This document shows positions 41,239 to 57,431 of a stretch of DNA of 64,000 bases, in pieces. The notes beneath the pieces are model-generated. The model ran no database searches and was not told the origin of the DNA. It saw only the letters and a program-made list of their open reading frames with translations. The stretch is from assembly GCF_009914755.1 (NCBI RefSeq), contig NC_060927.1. One strand, 5' to 3'. Source of the DNA: the human T2T-CHM13v2.0 reference genome, Homo sapiens. The position numbers and the translations under genes were made by a program. Every line of letters begins with the position of its first letter. Positions within the stretch are counted from its first letter, which is position 1.

Positions 41239-42681
41239 TACTTGCAGAGTTGTGGCAGGGCTAAGGCAGCCACAAGGGATGCTGAAGACCTTTTCTCCCC
41301 AAAAAGAGTTGGACCACAGATAGAGCCATGAGACACACAAACTCTGACCTTTGATAGCAAAACCCAGCTACTCACAAAGCCAAGGTCCAGCAGGAAGAAT
41401 ACATTCCCCAACATCTCTGCCTCTAATCTCCTGCCAGCTCCTCCCAATGGTCAAACCCAGCTAGAAGCCAGAGGGCAGGGGACCAGATAATGTGGCCATA
41501 GTCGTCAGCATCCTGGGGCCTGGCACAGAGTGGTCAAGGGGAAGAGTGGATCAGAGAGGCAAACGGAGGGGAATAACCAGCATAGCCAATTAGAATCACC
41601 TGGAGAGGTTGACCACATCCTGATTCATCCTGAAAACCAGCCTGATCTACTTACGAACCTAGAGTCACTCGGAATAAACATGCACACACACTCTGGCCAT
41701 AGTGAAGGCCGTGCTGATTGTATCTTCAGGGGAGTACCTTGTAGAGATGTGTGTCGGGGGTCACTGATGTGACACAATGAGGTGCTGGGGCCCAAATCTC
41801 TCTGGCATGAAGGAAGCATCCATGCTGGACAGCTCAGAAGGATCCGGGAGCAGTCTAGAAGGTCTCAGAGCACCTTGGATAAGCTCCCAGGAGGAGCTGT
41901 TCTCAGGCACTGTCAGAATCAGAGTTGCCTGATCTCTTCATGGCCAATGTCCATGGTTACACTGTTTCTTTACAAATAAAAATCAAATTCTGCTCTGGTG
42001 GGTTCTGCTTTCTGGCATCTCCCGCATGCTGCTCTCAGGCACGTTCGGACTTTTCATTCAACCATTTATTCAGTAAACACTTCTTGATCTCCTACTATGT
42101 GCCAACTGATGACAGGCACGGACATGCAGACAGGCAATGGCACCACCAGGCGGCCAATGCGGAGAGGAGGGAAGCCCAGGCAGCTGGGCTGCGGGGACCT
42201 CAGGGAGTCCCCTGGACCACCCCAGGTCGGGAGTGGCATCTAGAAGAGAAAACTGCAGGGCAGGCAGGTGCTGGAGAGAAACAGTGTGAAGGCTGGGAGG
42301 CAGATGAGGTCAGGCCAGGCACCGGCAAACAGCTGCAGTGAGTGCTGAGAGGAGAGAGAGATGCAAGGGCCTTGAAAGGCTGGCCAGGGAGTTTGGGCTT
42401 CATTCTGAGAACAAGCGGGTGCTATTCATCGCAGTAAGCAGAGGAGTGACATGATCAGACTTGCAATTTAGAAGGCTCTCTGGGGCTGGAGAGGGGATAG
42501 AGCAAAACTGAAGGCAGGGTCCCACTAGGAGGCCACTGGGCCATCCAGATGAGCAGTAGTGGTGGCTGACTAAGGCCCTGGCAGGTCCTGTTCTCTTTGA
42601 TCTCTTGACCAAACAGCACTTTCTACTGATTAGTATAATGGGCCTCACAGTCCCCAGCTACCTCTTGAATCACGGTGATGA

Positions 42682-42975
<294 letters not shown>

Positions 42976-45844
42976 TAGAGGAACAGGTCTACAAAGGAAG
43001 CTCTGCCCACAACTCCCAAGAGTCCCATCCAACCTTGAATTAAGCAGGTCCCTTCAACACTCGGTGTGTCCGTTTCTTTTACTGTGAAATGGGAATAATA
43101 ACATTACCTTACCTTCTGGGGCAGTTGTGAGGATAAAAGGAAATAGTGCAAGTCAAGTACGCAGCACAGTGCGAAGCTCACAGTGAGTCCCATGGGATTC
43201 CACTGGGCCTAACAGAGTCATCTCAAAACAGAGGGCAAATGTTGCTCCTGGACTGTTGAACAAACTTTTCCAGAGCATCTGCTCTGCACCAAACCTTGTT
43301 CTAGGTGCAGAAACTCCAGAGATGACAGCTTCACATCCTGACCCTTGAGGAACAACAGAGATGAATAGGTTAATGGTTAGATTCAGGCTCTGTATTAAGC
43401 AGTCCATGAGTTAAGATCCCAACCTCACCATTTACTAGCTGTGAGCTCAGGCAAGTCACTTTGCCTCCCTGGAACTCAGTTTCCTTCTCTGTAAAACGGG
43501 GCTAATAATTATACTTATCTGTTGGTTTATTATGATAATCAGATGAGATGGTGCTTTTGTCAAGCGCTCAGCACCCAGCAAGGAGAGTTGTTATTACTCT
43601 TGTTTTTATTCTCAGCAAGTGCAGAGCAAATGCCAAGCTGGGATGTCTAGCCCAGGGACACCCGGGAGGTGGAAAACTGGCCTTACTCCACCTTTTCTCC
43701 CTTTCAAGCCCTACCCCAGGAGCCTGGGGGCAGAAGATGGCAGTCTCTCACTGGCCCTGACCTGAAGGGAACCCGGAGGACAAGTGTGTTGTCTCAGATC
43801 TTATGGCAAGTCAAGGGCAGAGAAGGGATTTGTACTGAATAAGATGGGAGGCAGGAAGGTCAGAACTACCCAAGAAGTGAATGCAAGGTTCTAGAAGCAG
43901 TAGTAGAAATGAACCAAGCAGAACCTTAACAAATTCCACACTTGGGCAGGGCAGAGCTGATGAAAAGCTACCCTAGTTTCATCTAGTGGGAACTTCTGGA
44001 CCCACTGGGTTCTCAAATCCAAGGCTGGTGTAAAAGTATCTCTGATCCATTCCTAGGACTAGGGACGCCGGAGGAGGGCACAAGTATCTCCCAGTCTAAA
44101 TTTCAGGAGCAGAAAAGTATAGGGCTTATGGGCTTTGGAAGGGTTTGAGTCTCAGTCCCTGAGCTTCTAGCTGTGTGCACTTGAGCAAGCCATTTCATCT
44201 CTCTGAGCCTCAGTCCCCTCATCTGTTCAATGGTCACAATAACAGTACCTTACAGGGTTGTCCCAAAGACTGAGGGAGATGAGTAGAATGCTTAGCATAT
44301 GCCTTACACATAGTAAGCACTCAATACATAGTATCAATTATAATCATTTTGGAGTGGTAATTAGAGTTCGTGCTACATTAGGAGACTGGCCACTTCTTGG
44401 GGACAGAGAGTAGGGCCCCCTCACTGCATATATTGAGGATGTCAACCAATCCATCCACAAGCATTTATTGAATACCTACTATGTGCCTGGCTTCATGCTG
44501 AACACGGAAGGCACAGGGAAGTACGAGACCAAGGTGACATATAATAAGCCTGCGGCATGTCCTGATGTGACTGACCTTTCTGAGCAGTAGGTGTGACTGT
44601 GCCTGATTCCAGACAAGAGAAAGTGAAGCTAAGAGAAAATACAACATTGACCCTAAGTTACGCAGCTTGTGGGTGACACAGATGAGTTTGAATTCCCTTT
44701 TCCTAGCTCCAAGTACAATGGGTTTTCTCTTGGATTGTGGCTGCCTTCCTTAATCCTGCAGAATCTCGGGGTCAAGTCAGGGAGGTGAAGCTAAGCCAGT
44801 GAACTGTCCATGCTGACCGGGAAACAGGCTCACATTAGACTCTGAGATACAAAGGTCATCAAACTTGAACATTGCTCTTCCATACTAGTGAGCAAAGAAA
44901 TGCAATTTTAGACAATGATCATCAGTTTGGCAAAAAATAATTGTTTAAATGATGATACCTAGTGCTGGCCTTGTGACAGAAAGGCACTCTCTGTAATGCC
45001 AGGTGAAGTTCCATTTCTCGAAAGCAACAAGGTAATATGGATCAAAAGCCTGTGATGAATTTATTCCTTTTAATTCAGTAGTTCCACCTCTAAAAATTTT
45101 TCCCAAGAGTGGTATAATAATTTTGTAGCTGAAGATTTATATACAGGGGTGTTTAATTTGGTGTTATTTAGAGTCACATAAAATTGGAGGTAACCTGAAT
45201 GCATAGCAGTGGGGAAGCTTAAAAGAGAATGGTAGGACCTTCTGAGGGACTGTTTTGTGCAATTAAAACGTCAAATTGTTCATGAGGCAATAAAACAACG
45301 TTTAGTGAACAAAATGGGAAACAAACCTGTATGTACTGCGTTTTTTTTAACTCTAAACATGTTACATGGAAAGGCAAGTACCTAATTTGAACCTCATTTT
45401 GTAAGAAAATGTGATTGCATCTGCAAAGGAGAGTTTCAGAGGAGCATTAAAGTAGGAACATCCCTGCATTTATGTGTTCGTCAGACAATTCTTGAGTGTC
45501 TACTATATACGGTGGACTGTTCTAGACATGGGGATGTGAACAACACAAGCCCTGCCCCCCACATAACTTACATTCTAGGTGCTGGTTAAAGGAACTTTCA
45601 TTTTATGTGTGTGTGTGCATATGTAATTTAAAAGTTTTCCTGTCACCACATGCAATACTTGGATAATTTAGAAGTCAAAAAATAGGAGGGGACAGGGGAA
45701 GGGAAAAACCAAATGTGAGCTGGTTGGCTCAGACTCCAAGGAGGAGCTTCAGATAAGTGGCCAAGGAGAGCAAGGATCTGGGAAGGCTTCCTGGAGGCGG
45801 AAGAACTGGAATCAAGCCCAGAGCCACAACAGATACGGATGTAG

Positions 45845-46219
<375 letters not shown>

Positions 46220-46237
46220 TGATAATTCTGCCTATAG

Positions 46238-46477
<240 letters not shown>

Positions 46478-46634
46478 TAACTCCTTCTGGAGACACAGAC
46501 ATTCCTGTTGTCCCCCTTTCCTGACCCTGATCTTCTGGCTCTGCCCTCCTCTAGCTTGCTCTTAGGGCCTGTGCATCTGGGACCTACCGTGTAGCCCCAT
46601 TCCCAGCCCCCTCCTCCGGGCCACCCCTCCATAA

Positions 46635-46928
<294 letters not shown>

Positions 46929-47222
46929 TGAGCACTCCCTATGTGCCAGGCAATGCACTGAGCATTTTACATGGACTGTACCCATGATTCTTCTCAACAC
47001 TTTGCAATACACGCTATTGTTAGCCCATTTCATAGATGAGAAAACTGAGACTCACCTCCTAAGGGTATGGAGCTAGAAAGATGGCAGATCTGGAGTTGGA
47101 GCCCAGGTCTGGCTGACTCCCAAGCCTGGGCTCTTAGTCTCTTGGCTATACTAGCATGTCCAGCACAATCCTGGACAATTTGGGGAGAAGATCCACTCTT
47201 GCCTTGGGAGTATAAACTTTGG

Positions 47223-48263
47223 TATTGGGGGAAATTCACCCCCGATATTTCACGTAGGTTCTTTTCTATTTTACCTAAGTGTCAGCTGGTCTGAGAAATA
47301 AAGGGAAAGAGTACAAAAGAGAGAAATTTTAAAGCTGGATGTCTGGGGGAGACATCACATGATGCCCCCGAAGCTGTAAAACCAGCAAGTTTTTATTCAT
47401 GATTTTCAAAAGGGGAGGGAGTGTATGAATAGGGTGTGGGTCACAGAGATCACATGCTCACAAGGTAATAAAATATCACAAGGCAAATGGAGGCAGGGCG
47501 AGATCACAGGACCAGGGCAGAATTAAAATTGCTAATGAAGTTTCGGGCACACATTGTCATTGAAAACATCTTATCAGGAGACAGGGTTTGAGAGCAGACA
47601 ACCGGTCTGACTAAAATTTATTAGGCAGGAATTTCCTCATCCTAATAAGCCTGGGAGCGCTACGGGAGACCGGGGCTTATTTCATCCCTTATCTACAACT
47701 GTAAAAGACAGACGTCCCCAAAGCGGCCATTTCAGAGGCCTCCCCTTAGGGACGCATTCTCTTTCTCAGGGAAGTTCCTTGCTGAGAAAAAGAATTCAGC
47801 GATATTTCTCCTATTTGCTTTTGAAAGAAGAGAAATATGGCTCTGTTCCACCTGGCCCACAGGCAGCCAGACGTTAAGGTTATCTCCCTTGTTCCCTGGA
47901 CATCACTGTTATCCTGTTTTTTTTCCAAGGTGCCCAGATTTCATATTGTTTAAACAATTTGTGCAGTTAATGCAATCATCACAAGGTCCTGTGGCAACAT
48001 TCATCCTCAGCTTACAAAGATGATGGGATTAAGATATTAAAGTAAAGACGGGCATAGGAAATCACAAGAGTATTGATTGGGGAAGTGATAAGTGTCCATG
48101 AAATCTTCACAATTTATGTTCAGAGATTGCAGTAAAGGCAGGTGTAAGAAATTATAAAAGTATTAATTTGGGGAACTAGTGTCAATGAAATCTTCACAAT
48201 CTATGTTCTTCTGCCATGGCTTCAGCCGGTCCCTCTGTTTGGGGTCCCTGACCTCCCGCAACA
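47223..48263 (-). mobile_element. MER11 solo LTR (HERV-K11/HML-8), antisense in intron 10, 6-bp TSD CTTTGG
   Basis: Reverse complement begins TGTTGCGGGAGGTCAGGGACCCC...GGCTGAAGCCATGGCAGAAGAACAT (MER11 5' end); TSD at 47217-47222 and 48264-48269; 1041 bp. Confidence 0.9.
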
Positions 48264-49114
48264 CTTTGGCTCAATTCAGACATGTTCATCACCATACTAC
48301 AAAGACCACTAAATCCATGCTTTTGTCTCAGCTCCAAAAATGTTCTCGCCAAGTGGGCCATGCCCACTCTGCTCACCACACAGTCATCAATGCCACAGAA
48401 CCCAAGGAAAACCCCAGACAGCCCTTCGCTGCACAGCCAGGCAAGCAGCCAACAGGTGGAACCCACTGTATGCAGGGCAGAGGCCCCTGAGGCTCATGGA
48501 GGCCACACGGCTGGTCCCTTGAAGAAGTGGGCTGGTTCCGTGAAAGGAGCATTCTCTGCTCCGGTTCTAATCTCCCCTTCAAGGGCAGCCACCATCTCGT
48601 TTCTCTGCAATTCCCCAACCATTCCCCCACCCCCATCCGGAGCCAGACCCAGGGAGGTTACAATCTCTTTCCTTCTCATTCCGAGATTTCCTGATCTCTT
48701 AGACACCCCCACCAACTACTCAAACACAATACATGCCAAACAAGGCTCCAAAGCCTTCTCCTCCACCATGCTCCCCATCACAGAAGGGTCCCATGGTCCA
48801 GTGCCCAGGGTGGAGACCTCAGCATTGTCCTGGACTCTTCCCTCACCCTCATCCTGCAAACCAGCCAATACCAGCACCTGCCCCTCCATCCCCTACATAT
48901 CTCTCTATCTGGTTGCCTCTCTGCACCTGCACTATCCTCACTACTGGCCAAGCCATGCCATCCCCCATCGAGATGATGGCCACAGCTCCTCACTGGTCCT
49001 CTTGCCTCTGGGCACAATTACTATGGCCCCACATCCCCCACCCTCTTTCTGCACCTGGAAAAAGGGGCTGAAAACACTCACTCAAAAGGTTACTCTGAAG
49101 ATGAAATGAAATAA

Positions 49115-49372
<258 letters not shown>

Positions 49373-49532
49373 TAAACAGGGAGAGGAGGCAACTCTTAGG
49401 CTGCCAAGAAGATGACCAAAAATTCCAGGTCCCTAGAATGTTCCACTGCATGAAATTTCAGGAAACAGCTCAGCCACCTTCTCCATTTTCCAGAAGGGGA
49501 AACTGATGCCCAGAGGGGAGGGACTCTCCTGA

Positions 49533-50015
<483 letters not shown>

Positions 50016-50132
50016 TGAGCTAAGACATATAGGACAGAGCTAGAGAATGCAGCACCTAACTGGACTCGGAGCACCAGGGACTGCTTCTTGGAGGAGGGGA
50101 TGTAGAAATTGAGCTTTGAAAGGCCCACAGAA

Positions 50133-50696
<564 letters not shown>

Positions 50697-51220
50697 TCAC
50701 CCCCACCCCCCCCCCACCAGATCCAAATGTAGTTCTGCTCCAGAGTTAGTATTCATTCATCCCTTCATTCATAGTTGTCAAATACCTACTATGGGCCTGG
50801 CATGACCCCAGAAATTTGGCAATTAATGTGGCAGATACTACCATGTCTGCTGTCTTGGAGCTTACATTTTGGTGGACAAGACTGACAGACAAATTAGATG
50901 ATTTTGGAGAGTGTCAAGTGCCCTGGAGAAAAGAGGACAGCAGCACAGAGAATGGCCAGTAGCACAGGAGGGGCGCTCCCTCAGACAAGGTAGTCAAGGG
51001 AGGTCTCTCTCTCCAAGAAAGCGACAGTTGAGCTGAGACTTAAATGATGAGAAAGAGCCAGCCAGAGAAAGATCTGGGGAAAGAGAGCAGAGTAGGTGCA
51101 AAAGCCCTGAGGCATTTGAGGGACGAGGGAAGCCAGAGTGGTGGAGGCAGAGGGAGTGAGGCAGTGGGTGGGAGACGAAGAACCAGCCCATGCGGACCTT
51201 GCAGGCCAAGACATTTGGGT

Positions 51221-51280
51221 GGGATGGGATGGGATGGGATGGGATGGGATGGGATTGGATGGCATGGGATTGGATTAGAT
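51221..51280 (+). repeat. (GGGAT)n pentanucleotide STR
   Basis: 7 perfect GGGAT units (51221-51255), then degenerate units. Confidence 0.95.
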
Positions 51281-51542
51281 CTCTCTCTGCTTATTTATGT
51301 GTTATATTATTGTCTCATTTAAGTCCTGAAAGGTTTTAAGCAGGGGAGAGACCTGACTGATTTACACTGTAAAAAGATGGCCCTGGTGACCAACTCCGCT
51401 TTCTGCCCTCCAACCTTACCAGAAATTGGCATTTTCCTCTACCACCTGGACATTTCCTTCCCAATGCCCGGACTGTCAATGTCCACATCCTCTCGTGGTC
51501 ACAAAGCCCTCAGTGCTTCATCTAATCTACCCTGAAGCCTAA

Positions 51543-51935
<393 letters not shown>

Positions 51936-52204
51936 TAAATGAATTCATTTAAAATAAGTGGAGATTTTATCCAGAAAAGGGAAACCAAAACTACTTTTTA
52001 AAGTTTTAAAGTTATATATTTAACACAGTCTAGGCTGTAATTAAAAGTGTGCACTATCTTAAAACAAATAACAAAAGAAACATTGATTTTGTTTATTTTG
52101 TGGCCTAAGTTTCTTGAGCCAACTGCATGATAGTAAAAAATGACAACATCCTTTCCTGCACCTTTGATTGTCCCATCAGAGCAAATGTTTTTAAAGAAGC
52201 ATGA

Positions 52205-53721
<1,517 letters not shown>

Positions 53722-54060
53722 TAGCATCTGACCATCAGGGAGAAACAGCCCCTGCCCAGGAAAGCCTTTGAAGGAATGGCTGGGATAGATGTTGAGTGGG
53801 AGGGACATTGAGAGTGGCAGGGGTGGAGGGGATCATCATGTCAGTCTCCTTTTGTTGGTAGATATCTTCACATTAAAGTGACTTGCTCACCTACACAACC
53901 CACTTGCTGTGAGAATTGGGCTATTGAAAAATACTTGGTAACGAGGACCCCCAGAGCATAACCCCCATGGTACAGACAAGGAAACTGAGACTCAGAGAGG
54001 TTAGGTGACTTGCCCATGGTCACACTGTGAGAAAGTGGTAGAACCAGGCTTTGACCCTGA

Positions 54061-54222
<162 letters not shown>

Positions 54223-54953
54223 TAGCCCTGTTAGGATGAGGCTAGACCAAGCCCTGGGGGGACTCAGGTCCAGGGAGAAACTTCTAGAGGCAGAGGCAGG
54301 TGGGAGAGGCCCCCAGAAACCCTGTTCCTTAATAATACTTCTCTCTACCATTTGTTGGGCATCTATTCTGCACCCTGCATGGTACAAGACACATTATATC
54401 ATCCTCCACAAACCTCAGAAAGGAGGCATTATTGTCCCACTTTACCGCTGCAGGATCTGGGGCTCACCTAGCCAGCATCACCCAGCTAGTCAGCACTGGG
54501 ATTCGAACCAAGCCCAGTCTCTTGGCACTTGGAGACTCTCCTTCTCAGGGTCCCTCATCCCCACAAGCAGGAGCTGAAGCAGGGGCGGGCCTGGGAGGGG
54601 CCACCCAAGGTTCTTGAGGTGGGGGCAGAGCCACTGCATATGTTGTGTCCACATAAGGGGACCCTGCCAATGGCACATTGGGAGCTGATACCTCACCCTT
54701 GCTCTGCTTTTGAAGCTGGGGAACTTGGAGGAAGGGGTTCCCTTTTCTAATTAGTCTCCCTAGAGGAGTTGCCTTTTCCTACTGATCTTCCCTGAGAGGG
54801 TGTCTTTTTCTATTATGCACAAAGGCACCTTATGTGCTAGCAGCGGTGCTGAGTGCAGGACTCCCAAGACCTTGGGCCTCTGTAAGGGTCAGCCTCGGGG
54901 TGAGGGTGGAGGGCAGTCAGCCTGCTGGCTTCAGGGTGGTTCATCCTGGGTGA

Positions 54954-55346
<393 letters not shown>

Positions 55347-57236
55347 TAGCCCTACTTGGGTTAAGGAGGATTAAAGAAGCTTCCCAGAAGAGGGGATAAC
55401 AAAGGAGAGGCCTGGGGATAAACCAAACTTAAAAGTAGAAGCAGAAAGTATGTTTCTAGAAGAGGGAGGGGAGGAGAGGTTGGAAAGCATGTGCAAAGGT
55501 CCAGGGGTATAAACTGCATTGGGTCAACTGAACGGAGATCAGTGTGGCTGGAAGGTAAAGTGGAAAGGGGTGCGAGGAGGGGACATGACAAGAGATGAGG
55601 TTGGGATGTAAGAAGGTCCAGCCAGATCATGAAGGGCTTTGAAAACCAGGACAAGAACTTTGAACTTTATCCTGGCAGCAATGGGGTGTCATGAAGGGCT
55701 TGGAACAGACGGAGGGTGGGATCACATTTGCCCAGGGCTCACTCTAGATCTCATTTGTAGGGTTGATATAGAGAAAATGTGGTCTTACCCACAAAGAAAG
55801 ACAAAGCACAAAAGACCTGCTGCCTGCAGCAGGGGCCTCACCATCACATAGGGTTCTCTGTCCATGCCCACACTTTGTTAAATTGCACTAAATTCTTGAG
55901 GGAAGCAAAGAAGTGCTGGAGGTGCCAGGCAGGTGCCTCATTGATGAGGTGTGTGCAGGCTGAAAAGATGCCACGGGGAGAAGTGGAGAGTCGGAGTGTG
56001 AGGGCTGCCCCGGAAGGCCCTGGATGAGTTGCTGTCCACTATAGTGCCCTGGGAAATGCACCTGCCAGACCCAGGGGAAGCGCTCTCAGGTCTGAGATAC
56101 AGGGAAGCCTGGCTGCAGGTTATGTGCTGCCGTGGAGTTACTGGCCCATCTTCCTCCAACCTCAGATGAAGAAACTGGGGAACCACAGGGGTTGAGTAAG
56201 CAGGTTCCCAGCTCAGGAAGCTGTGAGCAGAGCTAGGGCTTGCAGCCCTTTCTTCCCAATGCAAGTCCAAAGCTTTCATTTTCCATGATCCACTGGAGAG
56301 CCTCAAACAGCAGCTGGGTCTTAGCGTGGCAAGAGGTTAGGGGGGTGCCCTTGCAGAAAACAGCACAGCTTGTGCAAAGGCCCAGCGGTAGGAAGGGCCA
56401 AGACATACCTGAGGCCAGGGTGTGAGCTGACGGGGCAGGATGGCGAAGGCAGTAGGGGGTCCATCCATTCAGCACACATGGACGGAACCCTGATGATGTG
56501 CCAGACACTACTGTCAGTGCTGGGGACACAGCCATGAACAAGATAAGCAGAAATTGCACCCTCCTGGAGCTCCCATTCAGGGAGAGGAAGATAAGCAACT
56601 AACAAAATAAAAGCACGTGAGGTGGCGAGGAGCACTATAGAGAAAAATCAAGTAGACAGGGTGTTTAGGGAGTGCCGGATGAGGCCTCACTGAGAAGGCG
56701 AAACATTTGAGCCAAGACCTGGGGAAGTGGAAAGCGAGCTGTCGCTATCTGAGAGGAAGGCTCTGCCAGACAGAGGGCACAGCCTGTGCAAACGCCCTGG
56801 AGCGGAAGCGTGCCTGCTGTGTTTGCGGGGCGTCGAGGAGTCCTATGCAGATGAGGTGGATGTGCGAGGAAGAGGGGAGGACACTGAGGACTGGGAGGTG
56901 GCAGGGGCCAGGTCGTGTAGGGCCTTGAAGAACTTTGGCTCTGCCTCTTGGTGAAATGGGAGCCTTCATTGGGTCCTGAAGAGTACAGGGGCATGATCTG
57001 AGTCTGGTTTTCATACAACTCTCCTGCTGCTGTGTTGACGACAGAATGAAGGGGTGAGAGGACAGCATGAAAGTGGGAGTGGAAGCTGAGGGCTGATTGG
57101 GAGTTGTTGCAATAACCCAAGTGAGAGGGGCTGTGGCGTGGCCCATGTGGGGCAGTGGCAGGGGTGCAGGAGGTGGGGATGTGGCTGGAGTCTGGGTGTA
57201 GTTTGGAGGCAGAGCAGACAGGATGCACTTGAATAG

Positions 57237-57431
<195 letters not shown>

